NCBI GenBank assembly: GCA_951406725.2
Contig: OX597814.1
Coordinates: forward strand, 86,118,001 to 86,182,000
Length of the DNA: 64,000 nt
Source of the DNA: Octopus vulgaris
Lineage: Eukaryota
Reading direction: 5' to 3'
Below are positions 14,189-28,932 of the stretch, piece after piece. Numbering within the stretch: position 1 is the stretch's first letter; each line of letters begins with the position of its first letter. Below the pieces are notes generated by a model, which saw nothing but the letters and a program-made list of their open reading frames with translations, was not told where the DNA came from and did not search any database. The position numbers and the translations under genes are program-made.

Positions 14189-15208
14189 TAAACAGTAAAA
14201 ATAATTACAGACATGGACAAGAACATGAAACGCCACAGAGACGACACAAGAACCACAGGACGGGACATTCGAAGCCCTCAGTCATCAGTCAAGAACCAGA
14301 TCATCTTAGCAATTTCGGCTGATTAATCTTGAGATTGCTCCGATATGGGCAGCCTGCCAAGGGAAATCTAAGCCAAGTGCATTAGATCCCCTGGAAGAAA
14401 GCTTCGAATGTATACAACACGAGGACGGAAAACGAACGAAGTACACGAACAAAAATACAGAATACGTGACAACAATAAGAATACAAAAACGTAAAAACAA
14501 TAACGGTAAAAATAAAGTATAAAAAATAAACAACAAAACAAAACCAGGACGTAGGACAAGGGTCTTTCGACAGGACGAATTGAGTATGGGGCTGGCTTAT
14601 GAAGTTGTGCCTAATGGCCACAGGGAGACGAACAAGTACGTGTTGCTTCAGCGGCTGCTGGGACGAAAAGAGCGCTCAACAGCGGCTAGCGGTCACGTGA
14701 GAACAAAAGACAAGAGAAAGGGACAGATGAAAAGAGAGAGAAGGTGGACGAGGGAGGAGAAGAAAGAGACAGATCGAGGGGGCTGGAGGTGAGAGAGATA
14801 GAGAAACGTAGAAGGGGGGGAAGACGGATGGAGAGGGAAAGAAAGGAGGGGGAATAAGGGAGGAGAGAGAGAGAGAGAAAGAAAGATTAAGAGTCGTATC
14901 AATGCTTGAGAAAAAATATACTTATCGTATAAGGACAATTGTGGATACGTAGCCGCCGATTATATATATATATATACATATATATATACATATATATGTA
15001 GGTATGTACATATATGCTGGTGTGTTTATGTTCCCGTCACTTAGCGGTTCAGTAAGAGAAACCGATAGAATAAGTACTTGGCTTTCAAAGAATAAGTCCT
15101 GGGGTCGATTTGCTCGACTAAAGGCGGTGCTCCAGCTTGGCCGCAGTCAAATGACAGAAACAAAAAGAATAAAAGAATATACATATATAGATAAATAGAT
15201 AGATATAC

Positions 15209-15242
<34 letters not shown>

Positions 15243-15673
15243 AAATTTATATTTATATATGTATGTATAAATTACATATGCATTTATATATATATAATAT
15301 ATATATACATACACACATACATGCATACACACACATACATACATACGTCCATCTCTACGGAAAAGTTTCTTTTAATGTACTTCTGTTAATATTGTTTACA
15401 ATACTTTATATTTGTTCCCCGAGGTCGACTTTGCCTTTCATCTCTCGGGTTCGATAAATTAAGTACCAGTTGCGTACTGGGGACGATCTCATCGACTGGT
15501 CCCCCTACCCCAAAATTGCTGGCCTTGTGCCTAGCGTAGAAAAGAATACTTTATATATCTACACAGTAAAACCTATTTTCGTATCAATTCATTACTGTGA
15601 TTATATCACGTCACGCCTGTTTCGGCAACACCTCGCCATCCCACGGCTTTCAATGAACGTAAAAAGAGATAAC

Positions 15674-15906
<233 letters not shown>

Positions 15907-16419
15907 TCAGAGAGAGAGGTAGTGAGTGAGACAGAAAATGACAGGGAGCTAAGTGTTGAGAGAGAAAATGAGGGGCGACAATGTATACATACAAATGTGT
16001 GTATGTGTGTGCGAGAGGTGAGAGAGAAAGAGAGAGAGAGAGAAAGACAAAGAGAGCTAGTGTGAGTGACTGGGAGAGAAAATAGATCGTGATAGAAATG
16101 GAAGACAATGAGAGGGAATGCATGTTAATTACTATGAATGTGTATGTGTGTAAGAATATGTAGGTATGATTATGTGTGGAGAAGAGAGAAAAGGAGAGAG
16201 AAAATTAAAAACAGTAGAAGAGAGATAGAAGAGTAATGGAGGGAACGGCGAAGACATGGTGAGATGGAGAGAGGCAAATACATATATAGAGAGAGGGGGT
16301 GAGGGAGAGGGAGAGGGAGAGACGACGGGTGACAGTGTGAGAGAGGGAAGGAGTGAATCACAGAGAGAAGAAAGTAGAGAGAAATAGAAAATGAGAGAGA
16401 AGGCATATGAAAACTGTGC

Positions 16420-16454
<35 letters not shown>

Positions 16455-16963
16455 TGTGTCTGTGTCTGTATGTGTGTCTGTGTCTGTCTGTCTCTGTGTG
16501 TGTGTGTCTGTGTGTGTGTTAGCAAGTGTGTGGCTGTGAGAGAAAAAGAGAGCGAGAATAACAGAAGAGTAGAAAGGTAACAGAGAAATAGAGACATTAG
16601 CGAAGGAGAAGCGGAGAGAGAGTAAGAGGTACGAAGAGAAAGAGAGTGAGAAAGAGTGTGTGTGAGAGAGAGAGAGATACAGGAAGAAAGAGACAGACAG
16701 ACACAGAGACAGAGGGACATAATCACACACACAGAGAAAGAAGGAAAAGAGGGCGAGGACGTATAGGAAACATACGCTGTATACGGAACATATGCCAGCT
16801 ATAATAGACAGATAGAAAATATGTACCAGGGGAAATAATATTTCTTTATTTACTCTTCATAACACTAATTTTCTTAACCAATTTAATTTGTTCTTCTAAG
16901 AATGCCTACTGATACCATTGTTTGTTCTCGTGGTTGTTCTTGTCTATTGTTGTCCTTCTTCTT

Positions 16964-17044
<81 letters not shown>

Positions 17045-17051
17045 GTTATTA

Positions 17052-17113
<62 letters not shown>

Positions 17114-17469
17114 GGAGTTGTTTTTCGTCTTGTATTTGTTGTCTGTTTCGGTATATCTATGTTATTTATTAGGGTTTTTTTTTTATTGTTTAGCTTGTAT
17201 TGATCGTGTTCTCTTGTTTATCTTCGTTAAAATTTATATTAATTTTCTTTTCAACTAAATTAACGTGGTTTTTGTTGCTTTTTGTGTGTGTGAATATATA
17301 TTTGTCTCTTTTTACTTTCTTTTACTTTCCTCAAGATTTTTTTATTTATTTATTTAAAATTTAATTTCGTCTTTTTCGTCCTCTTTCATTGCGGCTCGGC
17401 GTGTGTGCTTCTTTGGGTACTTATATGTACATATATGCATATATGTGTGCGTGGGTATATATGTGTGTG

Positions 17470-17509
<40 letters not shown>

Positions 17510-17517
17510 TATATATG

Positions 17518-17552
<35 letters not shown>

Positions 17553-17648
17553 GTACATATATACATACATACATAAATACATACATAAATCCACACATAC
17601 ATACATAAATACATACATATATACATACACATATATAACTACATATAT

Positions 17649-17689
<41 letters not shown>

Positions 17690-17752
17690 CGTATGTATTT
17701 TTATATGCTATTACATTTACTTTCATAGAACTCGCATGCATACTCTCAGACA

Positions 17753-17819
<67 letters not shown>

Positions 17820-18101
17820 ACCAAACATAGACATATACACATATATCGGCACTATGTCCGTATGTGAATGTGTGTGTTTTCTTCCATAATTATGGGTAGG
17901 AGAAGGGTCGTACGCGTGTGTGTGTGTACTGAACAAAAACATAAAATAGCGTGTTGGTAGATAAAGAGATATGCAATGATATAACTGTTTATATATAATG
18001 TAATTCTTGAAACTTTAAGAGAAGATACACCAGATTGTCATGACCATAACGTCTTTGATCATATGACAGCTATATTTCACCCTTGCGTATATATGTATAT
18101 A

Positions 18102-18317
18102 CAAGGAGGTGTTGAAAAGTACCTGCCTTTAAAGGTATTGCGAAAGGCCCTTTTGGAGGCCTAAACTTCCGAGTTCTGTTAGAGAGCTTAGACATACTGA
18201 ATGACTGCTACAATAATTGTGTGAACCTGGGAGGGAAATACGTTGGATAAAACCATAATTAACTGATGCTCCTGTATTTTCTTTTACCCAAAGCCAGGAA
18301 CTTTTCAGCACCCCTCG
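18102..18317 (+). mobile_element. Mariner-derived MITE, copy 2
   Basis: Right TIR GCCAGGAACTTTTCAGCACCCCTCG; body homologous to the 11819, 35068 and 35856 copies. Confidence 0.85.
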
Positions 18318-18509
18318 TGTATACATACACACATACATATATACATACATAAATACATACAAACATACATACATACATACATACATACATACATACATAC
18401 ATACATACATACATACATAAATACATACATACATACATACATACATACATACATAAATATATACATACATACATACATACATACATACATACATACATAC
18501 ATACATACA

Positions 18510-18541
<32 letters not shown>

Positions 18542-18632
18542 CATTTATATAAATAAGGATAAGACAGTTATTTAAAATACCTATCTTAACAGGTAGCCAG
18601 CATGGGAATAAAATCCTTCAAAGGTAATAATT

Positions 18633-18802
18633 ATTAACATTATAACTAAGGATATCTAAGAGATACCACCATGCTAAATGTAGGAGCCAAAACTTGACTC
18701 TAAAACCACATTAAATGTTCATTTAATGTGATTTTAGAGTCATGTTTTGGCTGCTATATCTAGCATGGTGGTATCTCTTAGATACCCTTAATTATAATCT
18801 TA

Positions 18803-18804
<2 letters not shown>
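18633..18804. repeat. Long imperfect palindrome (about 85-bp arms, 2-nt centre)
   Basis: TATCTAAGAGATACCACCATGCTA...CACATTAAATG-TT-CATTTAATGTG...TAGCATGGTGGTATCTCTTAGATA. The region 18568-18672 is homologous to 10367-10471. Confidence 0.9.
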
Positions 18805-18888
<84 letters not shown>

Positions 18889-19014
18889 TCAACAAGTATA
18901 TCACTGATTATGGCGTCGATTCTTGCTCTTGGCAATATCAACGGCTCTTCAGATATGCTCTGTTACTCATATTGAGTGTGCTTTTATTTTTCTAACATAT
19001 GGACAGCTGATTAA

Positions 19015-19186
<172 letters not shown>

Positions 19187-19432
19187 GCTTTGTGAAGCAG
19201 ATCTATGATCATAGATACCACCAGCCGCCAGCCAGCCTTTCAGAGATGTCTAATATAAGAAAATAATCATGGAAGTTATACCACTTTTTATGACTTTAAG
19301 GTGCGAACTGAGGATATCTTGGCTGCTATTTCTATAAGAGACCATCCCGTTGGTTCATATTTAGTGATTTTCTGTTCTTGCAGAAACAGATTTGAAAACA
19401 AATGCTAGCATGTAAATGTGATAAGGCACAGG

Positions 19433-19583
19433 CATAACAGTGCAGTAGGAAGTTTGTTTCCCAACATGGCTCCGGGTTCAGTCCCACTGCGTGATACCTT
19501 GGGCAAGTATCTTCTACTATGATCTCAGGCCGACCAAAGCCTTGTGGGGGGATTTGGCGGGCGAAACCTGAAAGAAGCCCATC

Positions 19584-19652
<69 letters not shown>

Positions 19653-20012
19653 TACACGCAGACACACATAGAGAGGGACGTAAGTAAATCGACACCGGTT
19701 GTTAAGCTGTTAAGCGGTGGTGCGGCACAAACACAGACACAAAGACATACATATGCATATGTGCGTGCATGTGTGTGTGTGTGGTGTGGGTCTGTGTGTG
19801 GGTGTGGGTCTGTGTGTGGGTGGGTGTTTGTGTGTATGTGTGTGTGTGTGCGTGCCTGTGATCTACGGGCCTCTTTCAGTTTCTGTCCACCAAATCCACT
19901 GAATGCTTTGGTCGACCAGAAGCTATAGTAGAAGACACTTGCTCAGCGTACCACGCAGTGGGACTTAACATGGAACAGTGTACTTGGAAAGCAAACTCCT
20001 TGCCACATAGCC
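19433..20012. mobile_element. Two inverted 5' halves of SINE family A (19433-19585 plus; 19866-20012 minus)
   Basis: Both match the family A head and core, in opposite orientations. Confidence 0.8.
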
Positions 20013-20170
20013 GTAAAGCAGTGGAGAAATCTAATGTTTCTGACAAAGCCCTTCATGTCAGATGGATCAATGGATTGTCTGCCAAGTTGGTTCATCTGTT
20101 AAAAATAATAACTAAAATACCCTCAATTTGCAGACTACTCACTTAAAAACCTGGCTGGAGAAATAAGAAA

Positions 20171-20298
20171 ATGTTACATTATTTATATTAATTACATTTG
20201 ACGAATATTTGTCCCCATCTTGTTTGTTTTTAACACTACGTTTCGGCTGATATACCCTCCAGCCTTCATCAGGTGCCTTGGGGAAATTTCGAATGATA

Positions 20299-20366
<68 letters not shown>

Positions 20367-20377
20367 CATTATTATTA

Positions 20378-20432
<55 letters not shown>

Positions 20433-20434
20433 CA

Positions 20435-20524
<90 letters not shown>

Positions 20525-20591
20525 TCACTGCCTGGACTCGAATTCGGAATCTTGGGGTTAATAGCCCGCGCTCTTAACCACTACGCCATAT
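20171..20591 (-). mobile_element. Composite element: tRNA-like head, (AAT)n spacer, hammerhead-ribozyme-containing tail
   Basis: Minus strand: TGGCGTAGTGG (A box) ... GAATTCGAGTCC (B-box-like) at 20591-20521, then (AAT)n, then the HHR motif at 20277-20232 and an A-rich tail. Confidence 0.7.
20232..20277 (-). ncRNA. Minimal type I hammerhead ribozyme motif
   Basis: Minus strand GGCAC-CUGAUGA-A-GGCUGG-agggtata-UCAGCC-GAAA-C-GUA-GUGUU: intact core boxes, 6-bp stem II, 5-bp stem I (two G.U pairs), vestigial palindromic stem III (ACGU). Confidence 0.78.
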
Positions 20592-21124
20592 TACTACATA
20601 AAATAAAACAAAATAGACGGTATGGTCGCAGTTTGAATGGATTCGATCAGGATGTGATTTGAGGAACTTATTTGTTATTTATACCAGTCGAACAGCCATG
20701 TATCGATATGGTGACGATTTTCCTCTGTGTATGTGTGTATGTACGCGCGCGCGTGTGTGTGATCAATAAGGATTGTCCTGGGGTTAAATAGCATCAATAA
20801 CACCCAACAATCAACAACGTCAGTTGGAAACGCCACACGGAATAGTAGGTTCTTGATACTTGCAAAAAATTTCTTTAAAATATACTTTTTTTTTCACTTA
20901 CATTCTGTCGTTTTCTTCATTGGTCCTTTCAAATGACCATATATAGACTTCCATCTTCCCATCGGCTTTTTTGATATGACTAGGTTTTCCCTAATCGAAT
21001 ATGGGTCTATAATCAAAAGCATTCCAGCTGCAACCATCCCGTCTTCTACACACACATTCTCTATCTAAAACATTTTCAATGTATTCTTGTTCTAAATACA
21101 AAACCAGTCGGGAGTACGAATTGA

Positions 21125-21377
21125 TGTCACGTGATCACTTGACCGACCAGGCTATCAGATACTGCTACACATTGCTGGCCACAATGCGCTTTTTGCATTG
21201 TTTTAGTCTTCAAATGACGCCACTCCGCTGACTAGGCGAGCAGGCCAACATTCCCCCTTGATCGAAGGAGGACTGGAGCAATGTGAAATGAAGTGTTTTG
21301 CTCAAGAACACAACGCGCCACCCTGTCAGGAAATCGAACTCACGATCTATCAGCCTAATCACTAGGCCACGCGCCTT
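21125..21377 (-). mobile_element. SINE with family C head and core and an alternative tail
   Basis: Minus strand GGCGCGTGGCCTAGTG...GAGTTCGATTTCC...TTGTGTTCTTGAGCAAAACACTTCATTTCACATTGCTCCAGTCC, then an unrelated tail. Confidence 0.75.
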
Positions 21378-22330
21378 AACGATTTGATGTAGATTTGGAT
21401 ATACACTCTAGTAACCCCACAGAGGCTCTCATTTTTGGTTTTTGAGGCATTAGCATGAACCCGTGTTTACATAACTGACCAACTCTATTCAGATGCTGTA
21501 CAAAATTCAATTGATGTGACCCTTCGATACACTCGTTTCCGATCAAAATATTGTCCAACATCCAAGTACTATCTTCCTTCTATCCTTTGCTCAAGTGCCA
21601 AACTTATCATTTATTTCTAAGCGAGTGTTTTCTGCTGCTGCTGCTGCTGCTTTCCCTGCTGCTGCTGGTGAGGTATTGTAAAAGGCGACATTTCTCCCGG
21701 CACTCTCCTCACAGACTATATCATCTCTTAAGGGACAATTTATCAAGTAAGTTATGCCTAATTAATTAGGAATAGATAATTGCTTTTATTCGTGTGCGTG
21801 CAAATATATGTGTGCGCGCACGCGTGTGTGTGTAAGCATACACATACATAATACCTGTGTAAAACTAACTCAAGATTCGTGCCCACACGTGTATCATCTT
21901 TCTGTATGTAGTTTTAGTTTCAATATCTACATGAATTCATACATTCTGATACACACGCATAACCATGCGTTCTTACACTCACATATACATACACAAATGT
22001 CTGTGTGTTTTCACGTAAAAATAAACAGAAACAATGAGAGTAGTAGTAATATATATCAGCGAAAATATATTTATCGGTGAAGTGCAAGAGTTTCTGTCGC
22101 TTCTATACTGTTATAAGGCGACTTACCGATGTTTTCACTGAGGTTCTTCGGAGAGCGAGGAAAAAGCTTTTTGTTGCTCTCAGTAAATGTGAACGTAAAC
22201 ACAACGTTAAATGAAGGGAGTGGTTGCGCATTGATGGTGGGGAATTGGTCATAGGTAGAAAGCAGGTGAGGAGAAGGAAGAGTAAACTTGGAAGACTGAG
22301 AAAAGGTGAAGGTCTGGATGGTATGGCCAG

Positions 22331-22562
22331 CTGCGGCGAGCTGGCAGAATCGTTAGCAAGCCGGGCGAAATGCTTAGCGGTATTTCGTTTGCCGCTACGT
22401 TCTGAGTTCAAATTCCGCCGAGGTCGACTTTGCCTTTCATCCTTTCGGGGTCGATTAAATAAGTACCAGTTACGCACTGGGGTCGATATAATCGACTTAA
22501 TCCGTTTGTCTGTCCTTGTTTGTCCTCTCTGTGTTTATCCCCTTGTGGGTAGTAAAGAAATA
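22331..22562 (+). mobile_element. Full-length young SINE family B with 11-bp TSD
   Basis: GGTATGGCCAG at 22320-22330 and 22563-22573 flanks a near-consensus copy. Confidence 0.93.
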
Positions 22563-23006
22563 GGTATGGCCAGTTTAAAGGCAGGCATGAGGTTATTTTT
22601 CTTTTCTTTAGCTATTGTTGGCCATATCAGTTATTGCAGAAAGAAGTTTGTCAACAGCATGCATATCCACGATTGTCAGCACGCATAGAAACGAATATGA
22701 TACTTTGTTGTTCTAAGTTTTTCCTGGTGTGTGGTGACACGTAGTGAGTGGATATACCGGACACCAAGAGAGGGTTAATGAAGTGGTATGGTGTGTTGAA
22801 ATGGTGGGTCTCATGTTAGCTCGTAGCTCAATGAAGAACGTTGCGAACATGCTCACAAAATCTGCACCGACCGCGTCTCAATTATTCCTCTCTGTCCCCC
22901 CCTCTCTCTCTCTCTCTCACTCTCTCTTTATCTCTCTCTGTATTTATCTATCTATCTTTATCTACCTATCTTTCTATCTATTTATCTCTATCTATCTATC
23001 TCTGTT

Positions 23007-23048
<42 letters not shown>

Positions 23049-23532
23049 ATCCACACACACACACACACTGTTAGGTGGTAGTTTGACGAAAGTCACTTTG
23101 TATTTTTCTCTGTTCCAACATCCTTTCTGTTTATTTCTGTCATAGGTGGAAAGACATTCTTTTTTCATGTTAAGTCGTAATACTCTGCATTTGTTTGTCC
23201 GTGTTGGTTCATACGTCCCCATATGCCGTTGCCACCATATTTTAAGTTGTGAAACTCTTATAGTTCTATATTCTACCCAGGTAATTTTTATAATCACCTG
23301 CGCCTTTTGGTTGAGCAAACTCGTGTATTCTCGTGTATTCAAGATTATGACACAGCTGATGAGGGATTTTCCAGGTCTGCTGTTATCCCTTTCATCAACT
23401 AATATCCATGTCGTCTCACAATTATGTAGATGTGTGTGTGCACGACGCGCGTGTGGCTGTTTGAATATATACGTTGTGACATAATATATATATCCATGTA
23501 CATAACTACGTACACACGATACATAGACAGAC

Positions 23533-23616
<84 letters not shown>

Positions 23617-23631
23617 CCACATATATCACGT

Positions 23632-23941
23632 GAAGGTGCATGGCTTAGTGATTGGGGATATTCAGCACACAATCATAAGGTCGTGAGTTCAATTCCTGAC
23701 CACGGTTTGTGTCCTTGAGCAAGACACTTTATTTGAAGTTGCTCCAGTCCACTCAGCTGGCAAAATTGAGTTGCGTCCATATATCAAAAGACCATCTTTG
23801 TCTCGCTGAATCTCCCTGGGAACTGCGTTAAGGGTACGCGCGTCTGTGGAGTGCTCAACCACTCGCAATTAATTTCACGAGCAGGCTGTTCTGTTGATCG
23901 TACCAGCTGGGACCCTCATCCTCGTAACCGACAGAGTGCTC
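23632..23941 (+). mobile_element. SINE family C, full length
   Basis: A box TGGCTTAGTG, B box GAGTTCAATTCC; tail ends CGTAACCGACAGAGTGC. Confidence 0.88.
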
Positions 23942-24445
<504 letters not shown>

Positions 24446-25033
24446 ATGATTAACTGTCACTGATCAGAGTTTCTCGCTCTTTAGTGATCATTCAGAGGGA
24501 AAGTAATGTGATCATTTTGCAGCCTGAAGTATCGCAGCTAAAAAGAAACGGTGAGGAACGATGGAATGAAATCAGATCCATCGATCCATCGAGCTATCGA
24601 GCTATCGATCAATCCATATAGACATTTATACATATACATACACACACACACACATATTTGTAAACAATTATAAATAAGGGCAAAAGAAAAATAAGACTTT
24701 AGATCGACTAACCACATACAAAATTTTTTACACTATATGTACACAGTGTGTTGAAACGAGGAAAGCAAGCTAACAGAATTTTTTAAAATTCCGTTATCCC
24801 GGAATCGGACCGATTTCTGCATAAATCCAAAAGGATTCTTCCTTCATTAGTGAAGAACATGATAAGAATAAATGTAATACTTACATATACCCGCAGGAAA
24901 AGCAGATGCAAAGTCATGAGTACATTTAAGTACACCAAAGTGGTTACCAGTCCCGAAGTGAATGGTAATAAATTTACTTCTAATTATATATATTTGGAGT
25001 ATACTTTCACTTCGAAGACTTTCATCGGGAGTT

Positions 25034-25148
<115 letters not shown>

Positions 25149-25214
25149 AATATAAATATAAATAAATATATATATATGTATGTATGTATGTATATATGTA
25201 AATATATATATATA

Positions 25215-25269
<55 letters not shown>

Positions 25270-25272
<3 letters not shown>

Positions 25273-25477
25273 ACCTGACAGTAAATCAAAATTCCATAAA
25301 TACCATCTGTAATTCTGCATTGACTCGAATGGAAAACTGTGTCACTCAAGGACTTCAGTTTGAACAATTTTCATGATGTTTCATATTTAGATTCTTTTAT
25401 TAAATTCATTCAGTTGTTAAACATAAATAAATCTTGGAATTAAATGGTTTTGATCTACTGTCAAGTGACTTTTGCCG

Positions 25478-25483
<6 letters not shown>
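25270..25483 (+). mobile_element. Tc1/mariner-type MITE in (TA)n
   Basis: GTCACCTGACAGTAAATCAAAA is the inverted counterpart of TTTTGATCTACTGTCAAGTGAC(TTTTGCCGACCCT). The interior encodes [16 protein letters not shown], resembling the R...C....G..FE C-terminus of Tc1-superfamily transposases. Confidence 0.7.
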
Positions 25484-25528
<45 letters not shown>

Positions 25529-25789
25529 TTTATTCTTTTACTTGTTCCAGTCATTTGACTGCGGCCATGCTAGAGTATTGCGTTTAGTCGAGCAAATCGA
25601 TCCCAGGTCTTAACCTTTGTAGGCCTAGTACTTATTCTATCGCTACGTTAAGGGGACGTAAACACACCAGCATAGGTTGTCAAGTAATGTTGGTGGGGGG
25701 GGACAAACACACACACACACACACACACTCACACACACACACTCACACACACACTCTGAAGAGCCACTGTCTAATGGCAAAATGTTCAT

Positions 25790-26000
25790 GAGGCTTTCGC
25801 GTGTCTACATTTTAGGTTGAAATATTGTTTATCTAATCGTTACTTATATGAAAGCAAATTTAGTTGATTTATAGGTCAAACGTTGAGAGTTTTCTAGCTA
25901 TAAAAAGTGGGGGGTTTTTTCTAAGTTTGCATACAGTTTTTGAAGCATTATACCTCAAAATTGCATCACGCAAAAGTATCCAATTCCTTATCAAAAGAAC
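25790..26000 (-). pseudogene. Possible PLE C-terminal relic
   Basis: Minus strand NWILLRDAILRYNASKTVCKL and, in another frame, LDKQYFNLKCRHAK; parallels the W.IL..Y...C.LC ... CRH pattern. Heavily decayed. Confidence 0.4.
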
Positions 26001-26368
26001 ACAATAGATATAAAGAATAAAATTAGAAAAACAGAAACTAGAAAATGAAAATATAGATAGAAAAATGACATTGACGGGATCATAAAATAATAATATTATC
26101 TCTATACCTTTATTTTTTTTTAATTTTTGATGTGTAAACGATAGAAAGAATAGTTTATACATGAAAAAGCCTGTATTTGTGCATTCCAGTCGGATGATTA
26201 ACTGTCAGTGATCAGAGTTCCTCGCTCTTTAGTGATCATTCAGAGGGAAAGTAATGTGATCATTTTGCAGCCTGAAGTATCGCAGCTAAAAAGAAACGGT
26301 GAGGAGCGATGGAATGAAATCAGATCCATCGATCCATCGAGCTATCGATCAATCCATATAGACATTCA

Positions 26369-26402
<34 letters not shown>

Positions 26403-26524
26403 TATTTATAAACAATTATAAACAAGGGCAAAAGAAAAATAAGCTGAAAACGTTACCTATAAATCAACTAGATTCGCTTTCATATAAGTAACGATTAGAT
26501 TTTTAATTACATATCTACTAATAC

Positions 26525-26655
<131 letters not shown>

Positions 26656-26849
26656 TTTATATATATATTAATTTTACACTTCTCTCGTCGCACATTTAAA
26701 CAGTAATTCGTATTCGCCATTCATACTTCGAACTGATCAAATATTTAATTATTAAGTGAGTACCTATTATAACTTGAAAAGGTAATCTATATTATACAGT
26801 TTTACTACATTCTTTTCGGCTTTCTTATATCCCGTTATAACAACGCTTT

Positions 26850-26978
26850 CCTTTTCGTTTTTGTATTTGGTTCGCAAGATTCTTTATGTGAATTCGTGTG
26901 TTGAAGCAAATTTTGTAGTGTCTAGGGATAGTCATTACGCAAATATCAATAACACACGCACTGGTCAATTCCTGTCTC

Positions 26979-27015
<37 letters not shown>

Positions 27016-27167
27016 TGTGTGTGTGTGTGTGTGTCTGTGTCTGTGTCTCTGTGTGTGTGTGTGTTTGTGCGTGTGTGTGTGCGTGTGCGTGCGTGTACGA
27101 ATAACTCATCCTTGTTTTTTCCTGTCCGTCTTTGTATCGTCTATCTGTCCGGATGTTTTATTGTCGT

Positions 27168-27243
<76 letters not shown>

Positions 27244-27300
27244 AAGTTGAGTTGAACCAGTGCGTGTGTTATTGATATTGGTGTAATGACTCCTAGACAC
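26850..27300. repeat. Repeat family (also 53250-53450) with a partial inverted copy (26918-26965 vs 27256-27300)
   Basis: AATATCAATAACACACGCACTGGT and its exact reverse complement flank a microsatellite block; the body is homologous to 53250-53380. Confidence 0.8.
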
Positions 27301-27384
27301 AATAAGACTTTCTTTTTCTGAGTTTTATTTTTGATTTTATACTTTACAGAGTTATTATGGCGTATCGTATCTTGTACCTATCTT

Positions 27385-27735
27385 TTATCTTTTACTTGTT
27401 TTCGTCCTTGGACTGCGGCCACGCTGGAGCACCGTGTTGAGTAATTTTAGTCGAATGAATCGACCCTAGTACTTTTTTAATATCTGGTACTTATTCTATC
27501 TCTTTTGCCGAATCGCTATGTTACGGGGACGTAAACACACCAACACCGGTTGTCAAGCGGTGGAGGAGGACTTTTTACGTCCGCGTAACTTAGCACTTCG
27601 GCAGAAGAGACCGATAGAATAATGGCCAAACTCTTAAACAAAGTAAGTACTGAATCGATTGGTTCCATTGAAAGCCCGTCAGGGCAATGCTCCAGCATGG
27701 CCGCAATCTATTGACTGAAACAAGTTAAAGATAGA
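27385..27735. mobile_element. Back-to-back 3' halves of SINE family A (27385-27565 minus; 27575-27735 plus)
   Basis: Family A tail motifs in opposite orientations. Confidence 0.8.
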
Positions 27736-27980
27736 TGATAATTATTAAAATTTTGAAATTATCTTAGGAGTTTGAATCCTAGGTTTATCTTTTAACCATG
27801 TTCGCCCTTTTTGTTTTCCTGCAGGTGATCCACATCAAGGTTTTGTATGAAGGGGATTGATGCATGCACAGATTCCAAGGTAGGTGCTTCTAATTTCATA
27901 GATAACTTATATAGAATTGTATTGTATCTGTTGAGACCACCAGGGCTGACTGCTATTTCTATGTAACCTACACGGACGTT

Positions 27981-28200
27981 GGAGGCGCGTGGTTTAGTGG
28001 TTAGGGTGTTGGACCGGGCAATGCGTTGCATTCTTGGACAAAACACTTCATTTCACGTTGCTCCAGTCCACTCAGCTGGTAAAAATGAATAATCCTGTTA
28101 TGGACCGGCGTCCCGTCCAGACGGGGAATTTATACGTCATGGTAACTGGGAAACCGACCCTTATGAGTCAGCATGACTCGAAAAGGTAACTTTACCTACC
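27981..28200 (+). mobile_element. SINE with family C head and core and a family F-type tail
   Basis: GGCGCGTGGTTTAGTGG head, C core, then ATGGACCGGCGTCCCGTCCAG...GGAAACCGACCCTTATGAG. Confidence 0.78.
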
Positions 28201-28875
28201 TACTTCACTACAGACGTAGTAAATATAGCAGTCAACTCTCCCTCAAATCTTCAAAATAAAAACACAAACGGAAAGAAAAAGGAAGAACATAAAAGAAAAT
28301 TACCGGTGTTTTACCTCAGGAACGCCTTTGCCCATTTTTCTCCTCAGCTAGAGCTGATCCGGTACTAAACATCAACCCCTATTGTTGCCCTTCTATTTTT
28401 CAAATGAATTTTCCTAAAAGTTGCTTAATTTTCGTCTAGGTTTCAACTCATTGATATGAGTTTTATATTTGTTGTTGTTATTGTCCGCGGATCGGCCCTG
28501 AAGGAACAAACCTATGATTAAAAGCAACCGGGCCATGACAACTCTGTCATATTGTGAGGGAGGTGGCGGGTATGATGTACCACAACTGCATGGTTCTATG
28601 TCACCTTCCTATTTCTTTAAGATGGTAGAGAGTTATTCGATGGAAATTTAGTTACTATTACTAGCAGGTCGAATAACCACACAATGGTTACATGGTTACC
28701 TCCTTGATTTTATCTGTGGATGATACGTTTATGGAGGAAAGTTTAACCCAGATTATATACATACATACACGTATATACACACACTCTATATATGTATATA
28801 TATATACACATACATACATACATACATACATACATACATACATACATACATACACACACACACTATATCTATTAC

Positions 28876-28932
<57 letters not shown>

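Noticed and set aside
14265-14330. CTGATGA/GAAA motifs in families G and E (also 13975) as hammerheads
   Set aside because: The order and stems cannot be assembled into a valid type I, II or III fold.
20521-20591. Functional tRNA gene
   Set aside because: There is no convincing acceptor stem, the T-arm is altered and no T-run terminator follows; treated as a SINE-type head.
22103-22688. ORFs of 124-154 aa around 22.1-22.7 kb
   Set aside because: They run through a SINE B insertion. The flanking unique sequence may be an old retroelement, but I recognise no domain.
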